In this document: positions 26,081 through 38,797 of the stretch, in pieces | How the letters are laid out: each line of letters opens with the position of its first letter | How positions within the stretch are numbered: position 1 is the first letter of the stretch | DNA from: Octopus bimaculoides | Taxonomy: Eukaryota | Assembly: GCF_001194135.2 (NCBI RefSeq) | Contig: NC_068984.1 | Span: 84,286,262-84,350,261, forward strand | Direction: 5' to 3' | Length of the DNA stretch: 64,000 nt | Made by a program: the position numbers and the translations under genes | The notes under the pieces: generated by a model | Told to the model about the DNA's origin: nothing | Databases searched by the model: none | The model's input: only the letters and a program-made list of their open reading frames with translations

Positions 26081-26160
26081 TCACTGCCTGGAATCGAACT
26101 CGGAATCTTGGGGTCAATAGCCCGCGCTCTTAACCACTACGCCATATGCCCATGGGCATA
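25890..26160 (-). mobile_element. tRNA-headed SINE-like element with (AAT)n and hammerhead-like tail
   Basis: rc: A box TGGCGTAGTGG, B box GAGTTCGATTCC, (AAT)n, then GATAC-CTGATGA-A-GGCTG..CAGCT-GAAAAGTT-GTCTT. 9-bp TSD TCCTTTCAC/TTCTTTCAC. Confidence 0.8.
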
Positions 26161-26539
26161 TTCTTTCACTTTTATAATATTCTCTAACCAAGTAATAATA
26201 CACAATTACAACATATAAATAAATAATAAATCAGAAAATGTGAAAACCACTAAAAAATATTCTTTAATGCCAGTATCGGACCATATATATTAAAAAAAGT
26301 ATGGACGACCCTACAAACAAAAAAAACTATGTACATACAACGAATTAGAGAAAAACCTGTGTAAACCATCGTTTTTCCCGGTTTGTCCAACTTTGGCTTG
26401 TATTAGATAAAGATAAACTATTTATTACTGTTACTAAATTTTCTACAGCCACCTTCACATTCCATGACTACCATTGGGATTGATCAGGTAATCGAATAAG
26501 GATGCTGGATTATTTTTCCGTTTTTGTTTACTTAATTTT

Positions 26540-28140
26540 TGAGAGCGGTCGGGTTCATTTTTAATATTCTCGTTTGTGAGAGCAGTCGAGTTTATTTAAG
26601 ATATTCTCATTAAAAATCATCTCTGGCTAATCGTAGAGAGGACGTTGGTGTTGTAGTCGAGTCATTTGATTCCCTGTTGCATTTGATGTGAGTCTTGTTG
26701 TTTAAATTGCTGAAGGTCTACCGCACCTAATTGTTGTATTACTGAATTGTTAAATTTATTGTTACCTGTGAATTTTCATTTTTCTTCCCCATTTATGGGT
26801 GAAGTTGTGAATAATATCGTTATAGAAAGTCAACCAGTTCCAGCAGGCAGTTACGCTGCAGTGACTGGGAAAAGTCTAACGGCAGATGTATTGAAAGTTA
26901 GAGAAATTCAACTGAACGAAACAAATTTTAAGAAGTACAGTGAATTGTTAAGAAAAGAAGAAGACAGCCTGAGGCTGACGCCACCTAAGGAAATTATGGG
27001 AAAAACAGAAAAAAGGACAGTAATATACATAACGCTGTCTATTGCTATAAAAAGAGTTGAAATGGCTGCAGTAGAGACAGTCGAAGAATGCATGAAAGAA
27101 ATCAAAAGTCTAACTACGTACTACACCAAAAGAAAGAAATATGGCACAGTGGAGGTACGCTTCACGAGCGAACAAGAAGCGATAAAACACTCCACTGTGC
27201 CTTTGAGATCAACTGAGTAGCTACTACCAACCTACTGTGGCAAGCGTGCGGCCAGAGTGAGGATTGGTAGAGTGCCCCCAGAAATTGACGAGGCGTAGCT
27301 GGTGGCAGCCATCCTCGATAATACAGAAGAGGAAACCAAAATACTTAAAATCACAAGAACTACGGAGGTAAACTGATGGGATACGGCCTTGAGGTGTCGG
27401 TTCACATCAGTTTACCAGACCTCCACAAAATTGCAGAGGAATTGGTGTTGCCGGAGGTTTCAACCGCAGAAGAGCAAAGTATGGAAGAACAGTATACAGT
27501 GGTGAAGAGGATGAAGAGTAAGGTGAACTCACCACCAAAAAGTTCTAGGAAGAAAAGAAAAAGAAATGGAGAGGAGACGCAGAGCGTGGAACAAGGAAAA
27601 GCGGACGAGCAGAGAAAAAAATGAAAGGCCGACAAAAGTAAGTGAAGGGGTCGAGGAGCGAAGACAGAAACCTTTACCAACAATCGTCAAGGAGGAGAAA
27701 GTACAGAAGAAAAAGGAAGATGAAAGAGAAATGATAACAATAAAGAATGAGACATACAGAGATAGAAATACCAGCAACAGTAGACGAGATTGGTGAAGGA
27801 AATCAGAGACACCGAAAGGAAAACAATGAAGAAATATGATAAAGTACACAAAAAGTGTAGAAACTGAAAAAAAGATTGCAAAACGAAGAATGTAATTAGA
27901 ATTAAATTGCCATCCAATGAGAAAAATGTAGGTTTGAAAGCTGTTCTGCTGGAAAGAGAGAGAGAGAGGAGAAAGGTTAAAGGAATTGTTTGGTGAAAAG
28001 TTAGAAGTGACACCGGTACAGTATCGTTTTGATTAATTGCCACCGGTGGTGGCATTCGAAGATTTAACGGAGTATTTGGTGTAAATGAGGGTGAGGAAAT
28101 TTAAGAACTGAATAATTAATGACTATGTAAATTTAAAAAA
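26540..28140 (+). mobile_element. L1/Tx1-like LINE 5' UTR plus decayed ORF1
   Basis: From ATG 26795: SYAAV motif, RRM-like GTVEVRF..EQEA, LLPTYCGKRAARVRIGRVPPEIDE and a K/E-rich C-terminal half, with stops and frameshifts. An A-rich tract follows. Confidence 0.65.
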
Positions 28141-28569
28141 AAAAGAAGAAAAAAGGGAAAAACAACAGATACGAGACAGAATATTGAACTGTTAGTAAAA
28201 CGTTATATAAAAACAGTAAAATGAAACTGCCTGCTTATGGGAGGGGGGGGGGNNNNNNNNNNNNNNNNNNNNNNNNNNNNNNNNNNNNNNNNNNNNNNNN
28301 NNNNNNNNNNNNNNNNNNNNNNNNNNNNNNNNNNNNNNNNNNNNNNNNNNNNNNNNNNNNNNNNNNNNNNNNNNNNNNNNNNNNNNNNNNNNNNNNNNNN
28401 NNNNNNNNNNNNNNNNNNNNNNNNNNNNNNNNNNNNNNNNNNNNNNNNNNNNNNNNNNNNNNNNNNNNNNNTTTTTTTTTTTTTTTTTTTTGAGATTTTA
28501 ATTTCCTCAGAAGTTTTAATACTTTTTTCGCTTAGGGACTATTTCAAGTCGTTCTGTTTGTTTATGATT

Positions 28570-28934
28570 TCTGGTGTATCGCAGGTTCGAACGGTGTACC
28601 TTCGCCGAGCGACGTTACTGGTTGTGTCAGTCCACTATTTATTCTTATTTTTATTGCCCACAAGGGGCTAAACATAGAGGGGACAAACGGATTAAGTCAA
28701 TTACATCGACCCCAGTGCGTAACTGGTACTTATTTAATCGACCCCGAATGTATGAAAGGCTAAGTCGACCTCGGCGGAATTTGAACTCAGAACGTAGCAG
28801 CAGACGAAATACCGCTAAGCATTTCGCCCGACGTGCTAACGTTTCTGCCAGCTCGCCGCCTTAATCCACTATTTATTCGTAGTGGACCAGCCCACTTCTC
28901 GTCTGGGGGCGTCCACCACAGCACCTCCCCCTTT
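28570..28934 (-). repeat. Gypsy polypurine tract and 3' LTR, SINE-interrupted
   Basis: rc AAAGGGGGAGG (28934-28924) is immediately followed by TG (TGCTGTGG...), with AATAAA inside. The distal LTR end is uncertain. Confidence 0.55.
28645..28864 (-). mobile_element. SINE family C, full length, inserted in a Gypsy LTR
   Basis: rc starts GGCGGCGAGCTGGCAGAAACGTTAGC; perfect 14-bp TSD TCCACTATTTATTC at 28631-28644 and 28865-28878. Confidence 0.92.
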
Positions 28935-29029
28935 GAGATTTTTTTCTAAACACACAGAATTATTATCATTTTCTATTTCCACGACTTTTCATTTACTAGT
29001 TGACATTTCCGAGGCCGCGATTGGAATTT

Positions 29030-31989
29030 CACCGCTGGTGACTTTGCTGCGAGAGCACAACCTCTTCAGGATTTCACCAATTGTTCAATACCACGGTCGA
29101 TAGTAGGTCAATACATATAACTCCTCATTACTGATTTCATTCTTGAAATACCAGGGTGTCCCATAAGAAATTCACTTAACACACATTTGTGTAGTGCAGC
29201 TGGCACTACAACTCTTTGTGCGTACATCAACACATCATCACACAGAGAAAAATGGCTCGCATTTGTGTTACGTATATTTTTATTTTCTTTTACCTTCAAT
29301 GTTTCTTTCATCTTTGCAATGAATTTGTTATTCTCTGATTTTAATTTTATATCTTGAACAGTTACTGGCAGCTCCCGAATGACGTTACACAAATGTTTTT
29401 TGTATTTCATTTTCCGTTCGCAACGCAGCAATCATGGCACCTGCGAATAGTTCCGTATTTTTTGGAATTAGCCTTGATAAACAATTCGCATGGCGTAACC
29501 TCTTGGATGGTATATACTCCATCTTAAAGTCGTAACTCTATAATATCGTATCCCAGCGTTGTAACCTATTTGCAGTATGGTTAGGAATTCCTTTCTTCGA
29601 CCCTAAAATTGATAATAATGGTCGGTAATCAGTTTTTAGCCGAAAACTTCTACCGTACAAAATTCTGTGAAATTTCTTCACGGCAAAAATGATCGTTAGA
29701 GCTTTTTTTTTCTATTTCACTATAGTTTTTCTCTGCTGCTATCAGAGAACATGAGGCATTCACCACCGCCTTCACATTACCGTTTTTATATTTGTATAGC
29801 ATTACTGCTCCTATGCCGTATTCAGAAGTGACAGAAGCTACAACAATCTCCGCTGTAGGATCAAAATGAGCCAGCGGCAAATCTGATATTAATATTTTTT
29901 TAATATCGTTAAACGCCTTTTGACAATTATTTGAACAATTCCACTTCACGTCCTTTTTAGCAAATTATTTAATGGAGCTCTCAATTCATGCATACTTGGT
30001 ATATAATTTTGATAATAATTCGCTAGACCTAGACAAGTTTGTAAGGTCGTTATATCAGTCGGAGGAAGCATGTTTTCAATTGCGTCTGCTCTCGATGGGT
30101 CCGGTCATCGTCCATTCCTGTCGATAATTTGTCCTAAATACTTAAGAACGGTTCACATTCTTCCTCACTCAGTGTGAAATCGTAATCTCTTATTTTTCCA
30201 AAAGCACACTTTACATGCCCGACATGCTGATCACGAGATTCACTTTTAATTAATATATCCTCCAGCTATGGAATTGCGAATTCACAGTCCGCTAACATTG
30301 TATTCATAACTTTTGAAAAAATTGCAGTTGTGACTTTTAGACCAAATGGTAATCTGTTATATTTATATAGTCCTTTATGCGTTTTCACTGTTAGATATTT
30401 CGAGCATTCCTCGTCTACTATAATTTGTAGGCATGCATCGGAAAGATCCTGTTTCGAAAATATCTTGCTCCCGTTTAACTTCGCAAAAATATCCTCCGCA
30501 GTAGGTAGCGAATAGTGACGTTTTTAGACGTTCATTCAAGCCAGTGGGAAAATCAGCACACACCCTGATTCTTATTTTTTTTTTAATACACACCGTTGGA
30601 GCTGCCCATTTTGCATATTCCACTTTTTGGATGACTCCAATGTTCTCTAATCTTCATCGACATGTTTTATCGCAGCAAAAGGTAGCGTTCTTTTTGTTTT
30701 GAACACTGGTGTTGCGTTTTCCTTAATTTGGAAACATGCCTCAGCCTTTGTACACAAATCTAATTTATCCGACAGCACTTCAGGAAAAGCATTAAAAAAA
30801 TTTTTTTTAATTTATCTGACACTTTATTCTTACTGGAGGAACAGTCATTTATGTTTTTACAGAACAGATTTATGGGGCGGTCCCATTAACACAAAATGTA
30901 ATGTCGCTTACCAGACGCCCGGTGCACTTTTCGAAGTTTTCTTTAATGCAGGTTTCCCAATTTCCACGTGTCGGTATCAATAACTGTAATGTCACTACCT
31001 GTGTCTAGTTGTAGTTTCACGTTCGCGTCGTTTATTTTTACACACACATACTTTCTTTTTGGGGTGTCTTCACAACTTTCTGTTGAGCAAATCTTTTCAG
31101 AACAATTTTTTCCGACCTGTTTTGCTTCGCTAAGAATAACGAGCTTTTATGTCCTATTTTTTTGACAACTAAAACATTTCCGAGTTTTCAATGGACAGTC
31201 TTTCTTAAAATGCAGACATCCACACTCATAGCATGAATTTGGTTGTAACATTCTTTTTTCTTTATTTATTCCCGGTTGACATGTCTGTACTTGAGAAAAA
31301 TGTTTTTCTTCGATTTTTCTTTTCCCGTTACAAGTTGATAATTCTTTGACATCCCTCTGCTAATGCCTGCAGGGTTAAATTCTGGTCCTCTTGTTCTAGT
31401 TTTGTAAGAATTCGTGCAAGTATTTCTGCATCTTTGTTTGCCGTCAAACCTTTGCACAAAGACGAGACGTTTAAACATCTCCGGAGATAATTCCTTCAGT
31501 TAAAATTTTTCGCACATTTTATTTACGATTCCGACGTAACTGACAAGATATTCGTCCGCTTCTTTTACTAAGTTCAAACACTCCCAACGTGTGTTGAATA
31601 GGGAACTCTTATCGCTGAACATTTTGGAGAGAAATTCAATTGTTTCACTTCTTTTTAGGCAAGATAAAATTGCATTATGTTTCATGTTCTGAAAGATCTA
31701 GTTTCTGTAGCAGTAGTCTCACTCTTTCATTGTATGTCCAACACTTGAATTCTTCTTTGAAGATTTCTTCGTATCTTTTGAAGTATGCCGAAAAAGTTAT
31801 ACCCTCTTTTAGGTTATAGCTAAATTCAGTTATAGCATTCGCTACGGCGTCTGCAGTGTTTCTCGACTTCAACATCAGTTCCAGCAACTGATTGTGTTGT
31901 AGTTGTTGCTGTTGTAGTTGTTAGTGCAACTCCTGTTGCCGCTTTCTCTGTTTTTGAAACTGTAATATGCTAGCTAATGGGTCTTCCAT
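29030..31989 (-). mobile_element. Gypsy/Ty3 gag-pol remnant, integrase core deleted
   Basis: gag (FSAYFKRYEEIF, SLFNTRWECLNL, Zn knuckles), protease LQLDTGSD, RT (WAAPTV, IRVCADF), RNaseH (SEYGIGAV, AEKNYSEIEK), integrase HHCC (GHPGISRMKSVMRSY...CALAAK). Many stops. Confidence 0.93.
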
Positions 31990-32086
31990 AATTAACGAAT
32001 TAGAGGAGGCAGGTTTGGATACTACACTGATTAACATACCCATTCTGTTGATAAATATACGAGTGCATATCTTAGACGTCTGTATA

Positions 32087-32119
<33 letters not shown>

Positions 32120-32317
32120 GCATATATATCGAGTACACACACACACACACAGAGGCTTATGTGTGTGTCTGTTTGTGCGTGTATGTATGTGTGTGAATGC
32201 GTGTATGAATGTGTGCGCGCGTGCGTGTCAGTATCTAAAATATGCAGTTATTAAAATACGCACGTTTGCTGTTTAATCCACTCTTACTTCATCATTATTT
32301 TGTGAGAATAGCAATTT

Positions 32318-33529
32318 TCAGGCGTTGGATAAAATAATGGAAACATCACTTTTGTTTAATTATTTTTTCTATTGGCAATGTGACAAATTAAAACTTAATT
32401 TCATCCACATATAAGTATTCATATGCATTATGTATACCTTGTACTTCATGATATGGTTCTCGGTTTTCATTTTGTCTTTTTCTCTTACAGATATTTATAT
32501 TTGACGTTAAGATGCATATGGACAAAGTTGGAGCACGGATGATTGGAGTTTCAGTCACTAAAACTATTCAATTGTTTAATGCTTTTAGAGTTACAGTCTC
32601 TAAGATCACATTGCCATTCCAAAACCAAGGCAAAAACCAGCCCTAGTGAGCATAATTCTGGGCTGAAGGCAAAGCTCGCAAAAGGGGAATGCAGAATCGT
32701 ATTGTGTCTACAAACCATTGAAATATGGCAGCAAAAGTGACAGCAAATCTAAGCCATCATCTTGCCAACCCTGCATCAGCCAAAATCGTTCGCCATAACC
32801 GGCATAAAGCTGAAGAACATGAGAGGGCTGCAATTTCTAAATCTCTTCTGTCCCCCAACAACACTGATATGCAGAAAAAATGATGTCTAGACTATCAGAA
32901 GTGGTCGTTGGTTCATAGGAACAATGTCGTCTCTGGTGAATCATCATTCACCCCATCATCAGGGCGAGTTTATTTTTGGAGACAGCCGAAAGGGGCCTCC
33001 AATCTGGCCGTTTGGAAGCCTACAGTGAAGCATGCAGGCGACTCTGTGATTATTTGGGCAGCCATATCACAGAATTCACTTGACCCTTCAGTTGTTGTAT
33101 ATGGCAGCATTAACACCAAAGATTATCTGTGATTATCATGTCCAATCTATGGTACAAACATTATTCCCTGATGGTAATGCAAACTTCCAGAACAATAATG
33201 CATCGTTTGGTATGAAGAGCACAAAAGTGAAGTAAACTTCTTGGAATGACCCCAACAGTCACTGTATGTCAAGGAAATCGAACATTTATGGTATATTTAA
33301 GAGCATCAAGTAAAGAGCCGCTTCCCGCCACCATCGTCATTGAAAGAGCTAAAGCAGATTTTACATCAGGAATGTCTTAAAATTCTCCTAACAGCCGTTC
33401 AGAACCTGTACAAGTCAATTACTCAACGTATTAAAGCTGTGATTAATGTCAAGGATGGACCAACCCCGCATTAAATGATAAAGCTTCCATTTAACAAGAC
33501 GTTCGAATTATTTTGTTGAAGCCATGTAT
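32318..33529 (+). mobile_element. Tc1-like transposon remnant
   Basis: Frames give VVSGESSF, GRVYFWRQP, PTVKHAGDSVIIWAAIS, FQNNNA, IEHLW and RIKAVINVKDGPT. Weak diverged TIR-like ends share AAAATAAT. Confidence 0.85.
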
Positions 33530-34113
33530 ATATTATTTGGTACATTACCAATTAGTAAAAACGAAGAATCGAAAACCATTACATTGAATTTCTCTCGAGA
33601 ATCGCTACACGAAGACAAGATTTCTGTAGTATCTCAACAGCGCTGTTTGCAAGCTAAGCTTAGAGTCTCCACAATTTCCGAGAGAGTTCGTCAAGACGAC
33701 AAGGTTCGATTCGGGTGGCCATGAAGATCATCAGATACTTAGCAACAAGGCTTCTTTCTTTGAAAGGCGTAATGAATTCATATTTACAAGAAAAAATTTT
33801 GTACTTTTCCTGAACCGAAACAAGCAGTTATGTTCTGTGATATATTTTGTCTTCTGAAAGTAAATCCAATCAAAATTGGTCTTTTTGAACATAGAATGCT
33901 ATCAACTGAGATACTTTGCGGCTCTTGCATTTAGCTCATCATCGTCGTCAAGACCTCAAGTCATATCTGCCCCTATGTGTCGGCCCTCTGAAACTTCGCT
34001 TCCTTCACACTTTCTCCCCCTATTTTTCCTATGTCTGTCTTACTGAAAAAGTTTCAAGCAGAACATCAATCATATCAGTCTCACTACTATGGGATAACAA
34101 CGAAATATGTGTG

Positions 34114-34148
<35 letters not shown>

Positions 34149-34435
34149 TCTCTTGCATAACAAGTAGCAAAGACCTCTACTAAAACTACCTGTAGGCAGT
34201 GAGTAATGCACTTCTTTTTTTTTTTTTTTTTTTTTTGGCATGCTAAACATGAATGAAACTGAATTGATATTCCTGATATTTACCCAGACGTGTTGATGAC
34301 ATCACCACCAATATTAGCCAATCATTCTCGTTGGATTTCAATTCTAGAAATGATATAAGAAACCTGATATATCATCAAAAACACCTACACATTGCATTGA
34401 AATTGCTTTTTTGTTATGTGTGTGTGTATGATATA

Positions 34436-34480
<45 letters not shown>

Positions 34481-34486
34481 ATATAT

Positions 34487-34558
<72 letters not shown>

Positions 34559-34654
34559 AAATGTATATATTATGTATATATACATATATACGTATACATA
34601 ATATATATATGTGTAAATGTATATATTATGCATATATACATGTGTATATATATT

Positions 34655-34989
34655 TGTAGTGAAACTACCTCCCGCCATTAGATACAAACTACTATCGCCA
34701 TTACATACAATCTTCTCATTTAAATATAAATAAATGCGAGCGTAGTAGAGAACCCATTCCTTGTCATCACGTGACTGATCATTATTCGAATCGGCAACTT
34801 CTTCGAACCGTTCCCGCCAGAACGCAAACTGACCAATCACGGCCCCTAATAAGGTCACGTGATAGAGTAAAATTCTGAAGCCATCGGGAGCCCATAGTTT
34901 GTTATAAATAGCTTTAACTCGGCAACCAAATTTGTCTCGGTCCAGTTTCTCTTTGAGAACTGTTCCGTGTACCACACGACAGCAGCAGC
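34655..34989 (+). promoter_or_regulatory. Promoter-like block, possibly an LTR U3, truncated by gap
   Basis: Starts TGTAGTG at a microsatellite edge; contains TCACGTGAC (34767), CCAAT in GACCAATCA (34833), GTCACGTGA (34854) and TATAAATA (34903); CpG-rich. Confidence 0.4.
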
Positions 34990-35837
34990 NNNNNNNNNNN
35001 NNNNNNNNNNNNNNNNNNNNNNNNNNNNNNNNNNNNNNNNNNNNNNNNNNNNNNNNNNNNNNNNNNNNNNNNNNNNNNNNNNNNNNNNNNNNNNNNNNNN
35101 NNNNNNNNNNNNNNNNNNNNNNNNNNNNNNNNNNNNNNNNNNNNNNNNNNNNNNNNNNNNNNNNNNNNNNNNNNNNNNNNNNNNNNNNNNNNNNNNNNNN
35201 NNNNNNNNNNNNNNNNNNNNNNNNNNNNNNNNNNNNNNNNNNNNNNNNNNNNNNNNNNNNNNNNNNNNNNNNNNNNNNNNNNNNNNNNNNNNNNNNNNNN
35301 NNNNNNNNNNNNNNNNNNNNNNNNNNNNNNNNNNNNNNNNNNNNNNNNNNNNNNNNNNNNNNNNNNNNNNNNNNNNNNNNNNNNNNNNNNNNNNNNNNNN
35401 NNNNNNNNNNNNNNNNNNNNNNNNNNNNNNNNNNNNNNNNNNNNNNNNNNNNNNNNNNNNNNNNNNNNNNNNNNNNNNNNNNNNNNNNNNNNNNNNNNNN
35501 NNNNNNNNNNNNNNNNNNNNNNNNNNNNNNNNNNNNNNNNNNNNNNNNNNNNNNNNNNNNNNNNNNNNNNNNNNNNNNNNNNNNNNNNNNNNNNNNNNNN
35601 NNNNNNNNNNNNNNNNNNNNNNNNNNNNNNNNNNNNNNNNNNNNNNNNNNNNNNNNNNNNNNNNNNNNNNNNNNNNNNNNNNTGTATAAATGTATATATT
35701 ACGTAAATATACATATATACGTATACATAATATATATAAACATGTGTGTTCATGTATATTCATTATATATATATATATGTATATACAATCATTTATATCT
35801 ATATACTTATATATCGTTTGTTATATATACATTCTTT

Positions 35838-36232
35838 TTTTCTTTTACTTGTTTCAGTCATTTGGTTGCTGCTATGCTGGAGCCCCACCTTGAAGTGTTG
35901 CTTTAATTGAACAAATCGACCTCAGAGCTTATTTTTGAAGCCTAGTACTTATTCTATCGGTCACTTTTGCCGAACCGCTAAGCTATGGGGACGTAAACAC
36001 ACCAAAACCTTCTGTCAACTGGTGATGGGGGTGGGGGGACAAACATAGACACAAAAACACTACACATATATATATATGCGACTGGCTTCTTTCAGTTTCC
36101 GCCTACCAAATCCACTCACAAGATTTTGGTCAGCCCGAAGTTGTAGTAGAAGACACTTGCCCGATATGCCACGTAGTGGCACTGAACCCGGAACCATGTG
36201 GTTGGGAAGCAAGCTTCTCATCACGCAGCTAC
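35838..36232 (-). mobile_element. SINE family B, near full length
   Basis: Reverse complement matches 56530-57218, including the internal (TA)n. Confidence 0.85.
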
Positions 36233-36739
36233 AAGTACATAAGTATATATGTACATACTTTTTTATGTGTGTGTGCGTGCACGCACGCATTTATGTTTGA
36301 GTGTGTATGTATGTATGTATGTATGTACGTACGTATGTGTGTATGAATTTGTTTTGAAACGATTCCAGCATTATGTAATACCTTATTAATAGATAGTGAA
36401 CTCAAGAAAATGTTTTGCGAAGCTCCAGCACTCTGTATAACGTATCAGTTAGGAGTCTTCGAAAAATCGGTCGGCAGTTGTGTGAAATTTTGATTTTCTT
36501 TAATACTTTCACTTCACTACTTACAGTGGGTGTTATAATCAGAGCGTGCAGGAACTGCGACGCCTACCTGCAGAGTTATAAAATAACAATTCAGCTCCAA
36601 TATTTATTTATTTATTTATCTATTTACTTATTTATTTATTTGTTGTGCATTTTGTAGTATTACAAAAAGAAAGAGAAAGAAAGGATGAAAGAAAGAAAGA
36701 GGAAAGGAAAAAGAAATAGTAAAGACGTAGGCATGGCTG

Positions 36740-37140
36740 TTTGCGCTGCACCTTGAGCAAGTGTCTTCTGTCGCACCGGACCGACCAATGCCTTTTGAAT
36801 GAATTTGCGGATGGAAACTGAAAGAAGCCAGCCATACGCACGCGCGTAATACATATATACACGTTTATACACATACACATACATACACACACATGTTTAT
36901 ATATGTGTGTACATAAATATATATGCATGTGTGTGTGGGTGTCTATGTTTGTGTTATATCCACTGCTTGATTACTGATTTTGGTTTGTTTACGTCCGCGT
37001 AATTTAAAGGTTCGGCAACAAAGACCGATAGAATAAGAAAATAAGTAACAGACTTACAAAGTAAGCATTGGTGTCGATTTGTTCGGTTAAACCCTTCAAA
37101 GGGGTGCCGCAACCCAATGACCGAAACAAGTAAAACGTAA
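36740..37140 (+). mobile_element. SINE family B, decayed
   Basis: CACCTTGAGCAAGTGTCTTCT...GGAAACTGAAAGAAGCC, internal microsatellite, tail ATGACCGAAACAAGTAAAA. Confidence 0.75.
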
Positions 37141-37699
37141 AAGTGTCGGGAAAATGCTTTCCTGTAAACTTATGCACATCTTGCGTTCAGATTCTGTCGG
37201 GGGCTTCATCATTTTCCCATTCACCTTCTGTAGATCGATAAAATAAGTAATATGCGATCAAGATTTATTGCCTTCTTTTACAATGTGTGGCTTTGTGCCA
37301 ATGTAAAACGTTATTTTGTTGTTCTGGCTTGAACTCAAATCAGTCATAACCAAAAGCTATGGTCAAAAGCTGACCATCCTATTCGATTTCTATTTTCCGT
37401 GTTTACAGAATGACGTCATTCAACCATCCAAAGTGTTGCTCTCCCTTTTTTAAGATGCTAGGGTGTGATTTAATGGGAATCTTGGCTGCTATTTCTAACA
37501 GGTGGCAGTTTGTTCGTTGTCCAGTTTTTAAGTTGATACCATTGTTCAATAAATATTTAAAGAACATCTTTAATCTATTAGAAATTTAGATACAAAGAAA
37601 ACGAAGAAAGAGCAGAAAGGAAAAGAAAGAAAAGGAAAAATGGGGTGGGGTTAAGCAGCGGAAGATGGAGGGGGAAGGGTAATGGGCCACATATTCCAG

Positions 37700-38065
37700 A
37701 ACAAATGGTATGATCAGATGCACTCCACGGTAATGACCGCAATGGCATTGCCGCGGAGAATGGTCGGCGACACTCCCTGCAACAGCCACTCCACCTCGGG
37801 AGGCTCATTTTCTAACGGGCCGCCATTTCGCGGAGGAAATCGGTAGTACGGGGTCCTAGGATAGCTGACGTCTCTCAACGGCGATTAGCACCAACTGATA
37901 GCGGCCGGACAGGCCCTAGTATTTATTGAGTTTTCTCTACTCCGCGTTACGGGTCCCTGTATTTATTGAGTTTTCTCTTCGCGTTACAGGCGGCGATACC
38001 CCCGGTTTTGCAGCAGATGTTGTAAGGCTGGGGGCCGATCGACTCAACCATTCTTACGCTGTCAT
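37700..38065 (-). mobile_element. CRE/NeSL-type RLE retrotransposon C-terminus
   Basis: rc frames read TSAAKPG-IAACNAKRKLNKYRD, YQLVLIAVE-TSAILGPRTTDFLREMAAR, EVEWLLQGVSPTILRGNAIAVI. These match the CRE endonuclease tail pattern (AE..K..KY, P.AVET.G..GP, L.QR.S..I.RGNA). Confidence 0.75.
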
Positions 38066-38568
38066 AATCAACGACACACAATAAAAAAAAGTGTTAGTTC
38101 TTTGCTTTTCAGACCAATGGAGGGATAACTGGCTTGCTGGCTGGATAGAAGAATGGATAGACGGACAGGCGGACGAACTGAGATAGATGTATAAAAGATA
38201 TATAAATAACTGGACAAAGAGATAGAAAGAGACAAATAGATTGATACAGAGATAAACAGACAGATAGACGGGCAGGTAGATAGAAAGACAGATAGACAGA
38301 TTGATACAGCGATAAACAAACAAACAGACGGACAGGTAGATAGAAAGGCAGATAGATAGATCAATAGCGGTACAGATAGACACGCGCACGTAACACACAC
38401 ACACACACACATTGCGGGACACTGACGAGGAATTGTATTATTGACACTGATGAGGTAAACTGTAAGATTGCATAATGTTTATACTACTGTTATGGAATTA
38501 TTACAGCATTTTGTTGAAACACGTGTATGTTCTATAAAGGAGTGAACACCATACCTTCTTTCTGCTTA

Positions 38569-38612
<44 letters not shown>

Positions 38613-38797
38613 TGCGCGCGCGCGTTTATGTATAAACTTTAAGTTAGTTCAAATATGTTTGTGATATACTTTAACTTCTAAAGGCAGTTTCACTGCAACT
38701 TACCGTGGAGAAAAATTTTCGTTTATGGTAAAGGTGCTTATGAGCAGCAAAGGTGGAAGAACCACCTCTACTGCTCAGTGCCACCTTATATCGAACT

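Noticed and set aside
26080-26155. tRNA gene
   Set aside because: Has A and B boxes but no complete cloverleaf, and continues into a SINE body with a TSD.
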